From: Thermoplasmata archaeon | GTDB taxonomy: Archaea > Thermoplasmatota > Thermoplasmata > Lutacidiplasmatales > UBA184 | Length of the DNA stretch: 46,072 bases | Direction: 5' to 3' | NCBI GenBank assembly: GCA_030040775.1 | Contig: JASHTB010000122.1 | Coordinates: forward strand, 1 to 46,072 | Shown here: one piece after another, positions 1-9,409 of the stretch | How the letters are laid out: each line of letters opens with the position of its first letter | How positions within the stretch are numbered: the first letter of the stretch is position 1 | The notes under the pieces: model-generated | What the model was told of the DNA's origin: nothing | The model's input: the letters and a program-made list of their open reading frames with translations, nothing else | Databases searched by the model: none | Program-made: the position numbers and the translations under genes

Positions 1-639
1 GCGGTCTCTCCCTCGCAACCAACCCCGGAAAGGTCCTTCCAGATCGCCGCAAGGGGACAGCACCGTGTCCCGGGCGTGCGAAGGACCTTTCTCACCCTTT
101 TCGAGCGAGCGGTTTTCATCGTTCGCCGGGCGGTGAACGGCCGACTCCCGGCCGAGCGTTCTGTGCTCGAACCCGTGAACGGCCCCGTGTCGCCCCCACC
201 GTCCGTTCCGACGCCGAATCGCTCGATTCGCCCTCGGACCTCGACGGTTTTCGACACGAAGCCGCCGTCTGCCCCGGCCGGCCCGAGGTCCGCCTCTCCG
301 GAACGCTGCGTTCTCGGGGAGCCCGACCCCCCTCGGTCGACCCTTACCGCCTAGCGCGTGGCGTCGCCCCGAGCTCGGGAACCTCGGTGGCCGCCGTCCC
401 GTGAGCGTACGCTCGGCCGGACCGACCGAGGGTAGGCTCCCGGCGAGGGTGTTCGCCCGCGCCTGACGTCTTCCCGGCCCCTGGGCCGGATCCCCGCTCG
501 TCCGAGTCCTGCGGCGGTCCGGCCGCGGGAGCGGGCCCTCGGACGACGGTGGCGGGATCCCTAGGGCATCCCGCCGGCGCGCCGTCGAACTCTCCCTCGT
601 CGCGGCCCGCCGACGGGGAGGAGGAACTGTGCAACCAAC

Positions 640-960
640 GTGGAGACCGAAACGGACCAATCGAACCGAGTCGAACCCGTTCTCGACGAACCTGTTCCGG
701 ACCGCGACCGCTGGCCGGGTCGCCCCCTCGGCGCGCTTCGGCTGCCGATCGCCGGACCGTACCGTCCCTGGGCCCGGCTCTACCGATTACCGGACGGCCG
801 GCTCCTGTGGCGGGTCCGCCTCTGGGAGGTCGACCGCGCGGTCGCCCGCACCGTAGAGACCGAGGTCCTCCGCACGTTTGCGCGAGAGAATCGGCTCCCG
901 GCCCTTCTCGCCGCGATCGACGCACTGGTCGGCCGGGCTCGCGCCAGAGGCGAACCGTGA
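640..960 (+). CDS. Hypothetical protein (106 aa), translationally coupled to the downstream ATPase
   Basis: GTG start preceded by GGAGGAGG (617-624); globular-looking sequence (YRPWARLYRLPDGRLLWRVRLWE); stop TGA overlaps the next GTG (GTGA, 957-960). Confidence 0.7.
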   Translation: METETDQSNRVEPVLDEPVPDRDRWPGRPLGALRLPIAGPYRPWARLYRLPDGRLLWRVRLWEVDRAVARTVETEVLRTFARENRLPALLAAIDALVGRARARGEP

Positions 961-3527
961 GCGCCGCAGAGACGCTCACCGTGCGGTGCCACGGACCGAC
1001 CGCCCTGCGCCTGCGCTGGTACCGCTCGCTCGCCCAAGCTCTCGCCGCGACCGCTCCCCCCGCCGGCGTCCTCTTCGAGGCGACCGCCGAGAACCCGACC
1101 CCGGTCGCGACGGTGCGACCGCGCTCTCTCATCGAAACCGTGGCCGCTTCCCCCGGCGTTCGGGGTCTCGACCTCGAACGGTTTCCCGACGCCCCGCCGC
1201 TCGAGCCGCCACCGGGATGGAGCGGAGAGATCCGTCTTCTCGTACTGCCGTACCCGTTCGGGCCACCTCGCCCTCCGCCGTCCGTCCCGACGGACGCACC
1301 CGACCTCGCGCCGCTCGTCGGCCCTCGAGGGTGGGTCGGGTTCCAAACCGCCTGGGTTCGAGGAGCCCGCGGCGACGTCCGGGTCGCCCGCCGGTTCCGT
1401 CTTGCGACGCCGGACGAAACCGACCTCGACTGCCGGGTCGATGCCGTGTCGGTCGCCGTCGCCTTGGAGTGGGCGGGGGCGGTCGGAGGGGCGATGACGA
1501 CCCGACGCGCTCCTCGAGGGTCGCTGCGCGACTGGCGCCGCGGCGGGCTCGCCCGAGTTCCGCCGGACGCTTGGGTCGTTCCGAGCGGACGACCGCTCGA
1601 GCGGACCGCGGAGTACCTCTGGAGCGAGCGCGCGGAGTCGGCCGGGGCGGTCGCGGGCCACCGGATCGTCTTCGGAGCGTCCGGAGCGGGGAAGACGACG
1701 TTCCTGGCCCGGCACGCGGCCGACCAGGCGAATCGGGGTAGCGCGGTCGTCGTGCTCGACCTCCACGGTGACCTCGCGCCCCTCGCCTTCCGTTTCCTAG
1801 GGGCCACAGCCCGAGCAAGGGCGGTCGCGGTCGATGCCTCGTCCCCTCCCGTACCCGGAGTCGCTGCGCTCGCTCCGGGCCCGGTACCCGAGGACCGGTC
1901 CGCCGCCCACCTGGTCGCCGCGTTGAAACGCTTGAGCCCGGACGGGACCGACCTTCACTGGGGGTTCCGCCTCGAGCGAATCTTCGACTCGTTCGTCCGA
2001 ATCGTGCAGGAGTCGGACGGCTCGCTGGTCGACCTCTACGGGCTCCTCACAGACTCGTCGCTCCGCGAGGCCGCCCGCCTACGTACCCGGCGAAGCGACC
2101 TCGCCCGATTCCTTGAGGAGCTCGAACCGGTGCTCAAGCGCCAGCCCGACTTCCTCTGGTCGGCCGCGACGCGTCTTTCCAAGGTCGTCCTCGTTCCGGC
2201 GTTGCGCGAGCTCCTCGCCCCGTCCGACGGAGGGGTTCCGGTCGAGGAGATCCTCCTGGAAGGGCGCTCGCTGTTCGTGCGGATCCCGTTCGCGGTCTTG
2301 GGTCCGGAGGCGGCGTCGTTCGCGGGGACCCTCATCCTCGCCCGGCTCTACCTCGGACTGGCGGCCCGAAAGGAAGCGGGAAGCCCTCACCCGCCGATCC
2401 TGTTCGTCCTGGATGAGGTCCAGGGCCTCGCGCCTCGGCTCGTCGCCGAGCTCCTGACGGAGAGCCGCAAGTTCGGATTGCGCTCGCTCGTCGCGACGCA
2501 GTACCCCGACCGCCTCTCGAACGAGCTAAGGGGCGCGGCCGCGGGCTCGCTGACGGACGTCGTAGCGTTCCGTGTTCCGAGGCGCTCAGCCGGGTCGACC
2601 GGGGAGTGGGTCGGACTCACCCCGGAAGAGGCCGAGCGCTCCCTCCCGGGCCTTCCCGCCGGTCACGGCGTGCGATTCGACCCCGAGGCGGGGGTCGTCC
2701 GGGCGGTCCCTGCGGTCCCTCCGGGCCCGGACAACGGACTCGTCGATTGGGCGAACGCCTTGGTCACGACCCGAGAGGAGTTCGGACCCACCCCCGATCC
2801 TTCGGAACGGCTCCACGACGACCGTGACGTCGTCGACCGGATCCTCCTCGCGGTCCTCGCGGCCGAAGAGGAGGGCCGCCCGATCGCGGGAGACGGGGTC
2901 ATCGCGGCCGCGCTCGCCCTCCCCGGGGTGCCTTGGCCCGCCGATCGGCTCGCCGAAGGCTGGAATCGGGCGGTCCGTCACGGCTTCGTCCGCCCCTCCT
3001 CCCTCGGTTCCTCGCTCACCCCGGCCGGGGAACGGGTCCTGGGCCTCACGGCTCCGACCGCCGCGTCGAACGAGAGCGCCGAGCACCGGGGGCTCCTCCT
3101 CGCGGCGTTCCGAGTCTTCGCGCGTCGCGGCTACCGGATCGAGATCCTGCGCCAGGGCCGGTTCGACACCACTCTGCCCGATGCCGTCTTTCGCCAGATC
3201 CCCGAGCGCTCGGCCGCGACGCCGGCCGAACTCGGCGAAGCGGTCGACCGGGCACGTCGGGGCTGGGCCTGGCGTTTCTTCTCGGGGCGGGACGTCTTCA
3301 TCGAGGCGGAGGTCTCGGGGGCCCTGCGGCGAGAGCGGATCCGGCACGGATGGCGCAAGGCCCTCGCTCGAGGGGCGTTCGTTCTCTTCGTCGTCGGCGA
3401 CGCCGTTCGAGCCCGTCGCGTTCGGGCCGCGCTCGATGCGATGGGCGTGCCGCGCGGTCGGGCCCAGGTGTGGACGCTTCCGGTCGTTCGTCGTACTTCG
3501 AGCCCAGGGGGAGTTGCGAACGAGTAA
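957..3527 (+). CDS. TraD/TrwB/HerA-like P-loop ATPase with C-terminal winged-helix and PD-(D/E)xK-like domain
   Basis: Walker A GASGAGKTT, VVVLDLHGD, HWGFRLERI, Walker B LFVLDE, and SRKFG..LVATQ motif of the FtsK/HerA/VirD4 class. Start set at the in-frame GTG 957 (GTGA overlap) rather than 549. Confidence 0.8.
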   Translation: MSAAETLTVRCHGPTALRLRWYRSLAQALAATAPPAGVLFEATAENPTPVATVRPRSLIETVAASPGVRGLDLERFPDAPPLEPPPGWSGEIRLLVLPYPFGPPRPPPSVPTDAPDLAPLVGPRGWVGFQTAWVRGARGDVRVARRFRLATPDETDLDCRVDAVSVAVALEWAGAVGGAMTTRRAPRGSLRDWRRGGLARVPPDAWVVPSGRPLERTAEYLWSERAESAGAVAGHRIVFGASGAGKTTFLARHAADQANRGSAVVVLDLHGDLAPLAFRFLGATARARAVAVDASSPPVPGVAALAPGPVPEDRSAAHLVAALKRLSPDGTDLHWGFRLERIFDSFVRIVQESDGSLVDLYGLLTDSSLREAARLRTRRSDLARFLEELEPVLKRQPDFLWSAATRLSKVVLVPALRELLAPSDGGVPVEEILLEGRSLFVRIPFAVLGPEAASFAGTLILARLYLGLAARKEAGSPHPPILFVLDEVQGLAPRLVAELLTESRKFGLRSLVATQYPDRLSNELRGAAAGSLTDVVAFRVPRRSAGSTGEWVGLTPEEAERSLPGLPAGHGVRFDPEAGVVRAVPAVPPGPDNGLVDWANALVTTREEFGPTPDPSERLHDDRDVVDRILLAVLAAEEEGRPIAGDGVIAAALALPGVPWPADRLAEGWNRAVRHGFVRPSSLGSSLTPAGERVLGLTAPTAASNESAEHRGLLLAAFRVFARRGYRIEILRQGRFDTTLPDAVFRQIPERSAATPAELGEAVDRARRGWAWRFFSGRDVFIEAEVSGALRRERIRHGWRKALARGAFVLFVVGDAVRARRVRAALDAMGVPRGRAQVWTLPVVRRTSSPGGVANE

Positions 3528-3552
3528 GAGCGGGGGCTCCTTGGTCGGGGAC

Positions 3553-4086
3553 GTGCGGCTCTTCGTCGCGATCGAGGTCGGCTCCCTTCCCGGGGGAAAT
3601 TCGGAAGCGCCCGAACACCTCACGCTCTCCTTCCTCGGCGACGTGCCGGACGAGCGGGTCGACCGGGTCTCTTCCGCCCTCGACCGGGCCACGCGAGGAG
3701 TCCCCCCGTTCGACTTGGTGCTCGAAGGGGTCGGTGCGTTTCCGTCGCGCGAGCGTCCCCGCGTCGTCTGGGTCGGAGCGACCCGAGGGGGTCAGGAGAC
3801 CTCGGCCCTCGCCGGACGAATCGCCTCGGCGCTCGCGGCCGAAGGGTTCTCCCCCGAGCGGGAGCGGTTCGTGCCCCACCTCACGCTCTTCCGGGTCCGC
3901 TCTCCCGAACAGCGTCGCCGGGCCGCGGCGCTCCTTTCGGGGGCGGAGACGCCACCCCCTCCGCGCGCGCTCCGGGTCTCGGAGGTCGTACTGAAGGAGA
4001 GCACGCTCACCGCACGCGGTGCGATCCATCGGACCCGGGCGGCGTTCCGGCTCGGCCGACCTGAAGCGCCGGCCGGTCCGAACTAG
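3553..4086 (+). CDS. thpR: RNA 2',3'-cyclic phosphodiesterase (2H family, LigT/ThpR)
   Basis: N-terminus (M)RLFVAIEV, two HxT motifs (HLTLSFLG, PHLTL), and G.GAFP...PRVVWVG. Confidence 0.9.
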   Translation: MRLFVAIEVGSLPGGNSEAPEHLTLSFLGDVPDERVDRVSSALDRATRGVPPFDLVLEGVGAFPSRERPRVVWVGATRGGQETSALAGRIASALAAEGFSPERERFVPHLTLFRVRSPEQRRRAAALLSGAETPPPPRALRVSEVVLKESTLTARGAIHRTRAAFRLGRPEAPAGPN

Positions 4087-4235
4087 CCTTCCGGTCACCG
4101 AGCCCGTTCTGCGAGGAGCCCGTCGACCCGCCACGTTCCACCCGCAGCACAAGGGGTTTCGAAATCCGATACGATTATGGTCGAGGAGCCCGCTCGCCCG
4201 CTGCCCTCGCCGTCCGGCGAGCACGCGGAGTCGCG

Positions 4236-7037
4236 GTGTCCGCTCCCCGCTTCCTCCGGTCCTGTCGTCCCGCGGCCCTCGGCCTGGTCGTGGCCCTCGC
4301 CGCCCTCGCCGTGCTCGGCGGGGCCTCCGCTTCGCCGCTCGGTCGGTCGGACCCCCTGCCGAACGCGGTCTCGGGCAACGGCCCGTGCCCTTCCCCCGGC
4401 GTACCGACAGAGATCTCGGGTACCGTGACCGTCGAAGGGGGACCCCTTCCCTCCACCTCGAACGACGGCGTGGCGGTCAGCGCCTCCTACTCCGTTCAGG
4501 TCGAGGTCCGGTACGTATCGAACGACTCGCTCGCGGAGGAGAACTGCACGCCGGAGCAGGAGTCGACGGTCACCAACGCGAGCGGAGGGTTCGCGCTCGC
4601 TCTCACGCTGCCACCGAACACCTGCAGCGCGGGCCCGAACGGGGAGGAGTGCACGTCGTACACCGGACCGTTCGGGCGGCTAGCGGTCGCCACGGAGAGC
4701 GTCCCGGCCGGCTACGGGCTCTCGGTCTCCGAAAGCGGCTCTTCGTTCGACCTCGTGTGGGTCGCCGACCTCGCCTTCCTCTCCATGACTCCCTCCTCTC
4801 CCCTCGCGACGATCGCGGGCGGAGGCTCCCTCGCGTACGTCGCCTCTCCCGAGATGGCGAACGGCTCCGCGAGCCCGCTCACCCCGACCTACTCCTGGTC
4901 GCTGAGCGGTCCGGGGTACCGCTTCTCGTCCTCCCCCGCCGGCGGTTCCGTTACGGTCGTCGCTCCCGCCGGCTGGTCCAACGGGACCCTCACGGTCAAC
5001 GCTACGGCGAGCGTCGACTCAGAGCCGTTCGTCGCCCCTAACGTCACGGTCGGTCTCGCGACCGTGCCCACCACGGTCACCGGAGGAGGCGTCAACCGAA
5101 CGACCGTCGACGCGGGGGGGACGGTCGCCCTGAGCGCGAACGCTACGGGGGCGGAGGGGTACGCCTACTCCCTCTCCGTCGCCTCCGGGCTTTCGCCCGA
5201 GTCGTACGCCACCGGTTGCACGACGACCCCGGTCTCTTCGTCCGAGGTCGACGTCCGTTGCGCGACCGACCTTCTCTTCCCGGATCCGGGGAACGGAACG
5301 GTCTCCGCCGCCGTATCGAACGGCCCCTCGTCGGCCGCGTGGGTCTCTTCTCTCCTCACGGTCGCCCCTCCTCCGGCGGTGAGCCTCGTGCCCTCCACAC
5401 CGGTCGGCTACGCAGGGAGACCGCTCCCGGTCGAGGTGCGGGCCGCGGCGGGGGTCGCTCCGTACGTCGACGCGTGCTTTGACCCGGGGTTCGGAGCCCC
5501 TCTCTGCCGTTCGGGCTCGGGAGCTATCTTCTCGTTCGCCCCGACCTACCCCGCTGTCGGGAACTACACGGCCCGGGCGTGGCTCGTCGATGCGACCGGG
5601 ACGAACCGCTCACTCTCCGCCGAGGTGCGGGTCGTCGCGCCGCTCGCGGTCGGCCCGCTCTCGGTGGGAGGTGCTCTCCTTTCGGCCGGCGTCTCGGTCG
5701 CACTCTCGGCGACGGTCGCGGGCGGAGCGTTCCCCGCCGAGGCGTGGTGGAACGCCTCGGACGAGGCGGGGCCGATCGCGACCGTCCCGGTAACGGGGGA
5801 CGGAGCTCTCGCGGTCGAGTTCCAGCCCCCGGCGGCCGGGCCCGCTCAACTCACGCTCACGGTCGTAGACGACCTCGGGTCGGTCGCCGAGGCGAACCTC
5901 ACCGTGCCGGTCGGCCCCGGACCGGTCGCCACCGTCGCCCCCGTGCCACCGGACTCGGGCGCCTCGGCGCTCGTCGGCCGGCCGGTGTCACTCGAGTGGA
6001 GGGCATTCGACGCGTTCGGGGAGGCGGTCCCGACGTTCAGCGCGCCGGTCGACCTCGTGGTCCAGAGCGCGTCGGGCCAGGCCGCCCTCTCTTGGGTGAA
6101 CCTCTCGACCCTGGGGGCGCTCTCCTCCTCGCCGGAAGGGTCGTTCGCGATCCCGGCCTCGGCGTGGGCGGACGGCGTCCTTCCGGTCACGTTCACCCCG
6201 GCCGAGTCGGGGTCGCTCACGGTCGCCCTCGAAGGGTCCGCCCTCCCCGGAGGGGCCGCCTCGGTATCGGTGAGCGCCGAGCCGGACCTCGACCACCTTC
6301 GCCTCTACGACCCGGTCGTCCAGAGGCCCGGCGGCGACACGAACCGGACGTTCTGGCACGTCTCCGACCGGTTCGGGGACCCGGTTCCGGGAGCGTTCGT
6401 CACGGTTCAGTTCGCACTCTCCGGCGGGGAGAGCGTGACCGTCCTACCGGTCGGGTGGTACGGTGGTGGAGGGACGGGCGTCTGGCTCAACTACTCCCTC
6501 CCTGCCGGGACCGTCGGGATCGTACGGATCCTCGACCTCGCGGGCGACGTCCTCTACGGTCCTGTTCGGCTTCCCTCCTTCCCTTCCCCCAGTGTTCCTG
6601 TCGTCCCCCTCACGGCGGCGAGCGGCTCGGGAGGGCTCGCGGCCGCGGTCGCCGGCATCTCCGTCCCCTACCTCGCTCGGCGTCGCGCGAAGCGGGCGCG
6701 TCCGAGGAGCGACGAGGAGGAGCTGCGCCGCTTCGCCGAAGGGCGCGCCGTGGCGACCGAGGTCGTCCGCTCGCTCGGTCCGGCCGACGCGCTCGCGATT
6801 CGAGCGGCGTGGGTCGGGGAGACGCCTGCGGCCGCCGAGTTCGAGGAGTGGCTCGCCTCCCTGGTCGCGGACGGGACGCTCACGGAAACGACCGGGCGGA
6901 CGGGCACGGTCGAGTACGTCCTCCCTCCGGAGGTCCCCGACGGGCCTCCCCGAGTGGTCGTGGACGCCGACGCGCTCGAGCGGGCAGTCGCCCGGCGCGA
7001 CGCGGCCGTGCGCGAGGAAGAGCCGGCGGCCCGTTAG
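4236..7037 (+). CDS. Large membrane-anchored cell-surface protein with Ig/PKD-like beta-rich repeats
   Basis: N-terminal signal peptide (LGLVVALAALAVLGGASA); Ser/Thr/Val/Gly-rich beta-strand composition; many NxS/T sequons; paired Cys; C-terminal hydrophobic segment followed by RRRAKR and a ~110 aa cytoplasmic tail. Confidence 0.75.
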   Translation: MSAPRFLRSCRPAALGLVVALAALAVLGGASASPLGRSDPLPNAVSGNGPCPSPGVPTEISGTVTVEGGPLPSTSNDGVAVSASYSVQVEVRYVSNDSLAEENCTPEQESTVTNASGGFALALTLPPNTCSAGPNGEECTSYTGPFGRLAVATESVPAGYGLSVSESGSSFDLVWVADLAFLSMTPSSPLATIAGGGSLAYVASPEMANGSASPLTPTYSWSLSGPGYRFSSSPAGGSVTVVAPAGWSNGTLTVNATASVDSEPFVAPNVTVGLATVPTTVTGGGVNRTTVDAGGTVALSANATGAEGYAYSLSVASGLSPESYATGCTTTPVSSSEVDVRCATDLLFPDPGNGTVSAAVSNGPSSAAWVSSLLTVAPPPAVSLVPSTPVGYAGRPLPVEVRAAAGVAPYVDACFDPGFGAPLCRSGSGAIFSFAPTYPAVGNYTARAWLVDATGTNRSLSAEVRVVAPLAVGPLSVGGALLSAGVSVALSATVAGGAFPAEAWWNASDEAGPIATVPVTGDGALAVEFQPPAAGPAQLTLTVVDDLGSVAEANLTVPVGPGPVATVAPVPPDSGASALVGRPVSLEWRAFDAFGEAVPTFSAPVDLVVQSASGQAALSWVNLSTLGALSSSPEGSFAIPASAWADGVLPVTFTPAESGSLTVALEGSALPGGAASVSVSAEPDLDHLRLYDPVVQRPGGDTNRTFWHVSDRFGDPVPGAFVTVQFALSGGESVTVLPVGWYGGGGTGVWLNYSLPAGTVGIVRILDLAGDVLYGPVRLPSFPSPSVPVVPLTAASGSGGLAAAVAGISVPYLARRRAKRARPRSDEEELRRFAEGRAVATEVVRSLGPADALAIRAAWVGETPAAAEFEEWLASLVADGTLTETTGRTGTVEYVLPPEVPDGPPRVVVDADALERAVARRDAAVREEEPAAR

Positions 7038-8431
7038 GCCGGAGGGCGGCCGACCAGGTCGTAGTACCGGTAGGCCGCCTCACCGGCGGCAAAACAGTAC
7101 TTCAGGGTCGTGAAGCCGCTCTTGAGCTCCGCCGCTTGCCGAGCGACCTCCTCCGTCGGACGGCCGCGGTGGAGCAGGCCGTCGAACAGCTCGGCGATCC
7201 GCTCCATCTCCTTCGGCCCCATGCCGACCCGGGTCACCTCGGGGGTCCCGAGACGGACCCCACCCGGGCGCTTCGGGCTCTTGTCTCCGGGAAGGAGGTT
7301 CTTGTTCGCGATCACTCCGGCGTCCGCGAGCCGACGGGCGACCGCTTCCCCTCCCCCCTCCTTCTCGACCCGGACGGCGAGTGTGTGCGAGCGGGTGAAC
7401 CCGAGGTCCGCAGCGAGGACGTCGAAGCCGCGGTCGTGGAGCGCCTGGCCGAGCGCGCGGGCGTTCTCGATGATCCGGCGGGCGTACTCGCGCCCGAACT
7501 CGAGATGCTCGGCGAGGCTCACCGCGAGGGCGGCCATCTCGTTCAGGTGGTGGTTGCTCGTGACGCCGGGGAACGCCCCGGATTGGAGGCGTTTGACGAG
7601 CTCGGCGTCGTCGGTCTCGGCGAGAAGGATCCCGTGCTGGGGTCCCGGGAGCGTCTTGTGGGTCGACGCGCTGATCACGACGCACCCTTCGCGCAGCGGG
7701 TCCTGGAACTCCCCGCCGGCGATGAGGCCGAGCACGTGGGCCCCGTCGTACCAGCCGCGGGCCCCGACCTCCTCGAGCGTGGGCTTGAGCTCCTCGAGCG
7801 GCATCGGGAAGAGGAACAGGGAGAGGCCGAACAGGCAGAGCTTCGGGCGCACCGCCCGCAGGATCTCGCGCGTCCGCGCGACGTCGAGCGTCATCCGTTC
7901 GGCGTCCCACGCATAGTAGACCGGTTTCACCCCGCGAAGCCCGAAGGCGCCGAACGCGGCGCTCGAGATGTGCGCCCCGTCCGCGAGGCGGCTCGTCCCC
8001 ACGAGGTCCCCCGGCTCGGCGAGGGCCTTCAGCACGGCCAGGTTCGCGACCGTGCCCGAGATCGGGCGCACGTCCGCGAACGAGCAACGGAACAGTCGCC
8101 GCGCGAGGTCGAGGCAGAGGTTCTCGACCTCGTCGACCTGCTCGTTCCCCTCGTAGTACCGCTCCCCCGGAAGACCCTCCGCATAGCGGGAGTGGAAGTC
8201 GCTGATGAGCAGCTCCTTCGCGTACGGGCTCAGCAGGTTCTCGCTCGCGATGAGGGGGATCGACCGCTCGAAGCGGGCCGAGTGGCGCTCGACCAGGGCG
8301 CGGACCTCCGCGACCTTCCCGGCCATCTCCCCGGGGGACGGGGTGGCCGGGGCCCAGCCCGAGGCCCCCACCCCTCCGCTTCCACTGGAACCGCCGCGAC
8401 CCGACCCCATCGACCGCGCCCCTCCGGGCAT
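7034..8431 (-). CDS. glyA: Serine hydroxymethyltransferase
   Basis: IPLIASEN, YAEGLPGERYYEG, DGAH, STHKTLPGPQ (PLP lysine), GVRLGTPEVTR. Start uncertain (8431, 8410 or 8326). Confidence 0.95.
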   Translation of the reverse strand: MPGGARSMGSGRGGSSGSGGVGASGWAPATPSPGEMAGKVAEVRALVERHSARFERSIPLIASENLLSPYAKELLISDFHSRYAEGLPGERYYEGNEQVDEVENLCLDLARRLFRCSFADVRPISGTVANLAVLKALAEPGDLVGTSRLADGAHISSAAFGAFGLRGVKPVYYAWDAERMTLDVARTREILRAVRPKLCLFGLSLFLFPMPLEELKPTLEEVGARGWYDGAHVLGLIAGGEFQDPLREGCVVISASTHKTLPGPQHGILLAETDDAELVKRLQSGAFPGVTSNHHLNEMAALAVSLAEHLEFGREYARRIIENARALGQALHDRGFDVLAADLGFTRSHTLAVRVEKEGGGEAVARRLADAGVIANKNLLPGDKSPKRPGGVRLGTPEVTRVGMGPKEMERIAELFDGLLHRGRPTEEVARQAAELKSGFTTLKYCFAAGEAAYRYYDLVGRPPA

Positions 8432-8496
8432 CGCTCCCGGCCTCGCCCACGCACCCCCTCGAGGCCATATAGGGAGCGTGGCCGTCCGCGCTTTCC

Positions 8497-8961
8497 ATGC
8501 CGACTCCGCCCCAGTCTTCCGGGACCCGGGTACGTCCCTGGCCGGTAGAGCGCCGGTTCTACGTACCGTACCACGACATCGACGTCCAGGACCACTTGAA
8601 CCACGCCGCCTACTTTCCCTACATGGAGACGCTACGCTGCGACTACTACCTCCCCCTCCTCGGCTCGCACGACCCGACGAAACTCGACATCATCATCGCC
8701 GAGGCGAGCTGCCGGTACCTCGCCGAGGTCACCTACGGCTCGGAGCTCCTCGGAGAGGTCGCTCCGGCGTCTCCGCTCGGACGAACGAGCTTCACGCTAC
8801 TTTACCGGTTCACGATCGCGGGCACGGCCACGGTCTCGGCCCGCGGCCGGACGGTGCTCGTCTGCTACGACTACGAGAGGAGCGAAAAGAAACCGATACC
8901 GCCCGAGCGCCGCTCCCGGCTACAGCGGGACCTCGTTGACCCGGCGAGCGAAGGCTGGTAG
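8497..8961 (+). CDS. Hotdog-fold acyl-CoA thioesterase (4HBT/YbgC family)
   Basis: DIDVQDHLNHAAYFPYME motif; GRTSFTLLY; CATATA box ~27 nt upstream. Confidence 0.9.
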   Translation: MPTPPQSSGTRVRPWPVERRFYVPYHDIDVQDHLNHAAYFPYMETLRCDYYLPLLGSHDPTKLDIIIAEASCRYLAEVTYGSELLGEVAPASPLGRTSFTLLYRFTIAGTATVSARGRTVLVCYDYERSEKKPIPPERRSRLQRDLVDPASEGW

Positions 8962-9024
8962 GGATTTCCACTGGAAACAGGGGGGTGGGGGGGCCGCAGG
9001 GTGTATACCCCAGAGCCGGAACCC

Positions 9025-9318
9025 TCAGTACGCCGGGTGGATCGCGTCGTTTCGTGGGAGCGGGGGAGGCCACGGGATCGGCTCGATGAACGCCGGATCG
9101 TCGCGGACCGTCTCGACCCGGTAGAGGACCCCGGTCCCCTTGAGCGCCTCGCGAACCTGAAGGAGGCGTCGGTGGAACTCCTCTTCCGTCTGCCACTCGA
9201 ACGCGAGGTCGTGCGGTCCGATGATGAACGAGAGACCGGCCTCCTTCTTGAGACGCTTTGAGATCTCGAGCGGCGAGAGGCTCTCCGCGCTGAAGTATAG
9301 GTCGACGTAGCTGTGCAT
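9025..9318 (-). CDS. Small hypothetical protein (97 aa)
   Basis: Clean ATG ORF with non-shadow composition and alternating beta/alpha pattern; TTTAAG box upstream on the minus strand (9357-9362). Confidence 0.75.
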   Translation of the reverse strand: MHSYVDLYFSAESLSPLEISKRLKKEAGLSFIIGPHDLAFEWQTEEEFHRRLLQVREALKGTGVLYRVETVRDDPAFIEPIPWPPPLPRNDAIHPAY

Positions 9319-9409
9319 CGGCGCGAAAGTGTAGAGAGAAACGCGAGGACGGTCTACTTAAATCTGAGGCCCGGGACAGCGAGGTCAGCGCTCCGGTTTC
9401 GGTGGCGGC

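Noticed and set aside
133..184. Direct repeat GTGAACGGCC at 133 and 175
   Set aside because: Only two 10-bp copies in GC-rich DNA; insufficient for an array or iteron call.
640..7037. Integrated conjugative element or provirus
   Set aside because: No integrase, relaxase, VirB4, att/tRNA site or compositional shift; the ATPase runs straight into housekeeping thpR.
5579..8548. 989-aa plus-strand ORF, and similar long ORFs at 344..1807, 10926..13172 and 33723..35843
   Set aside because: Arg/Gly/Pro-rich shadow or antisense frames of real genes; expected in high-GC DNA.
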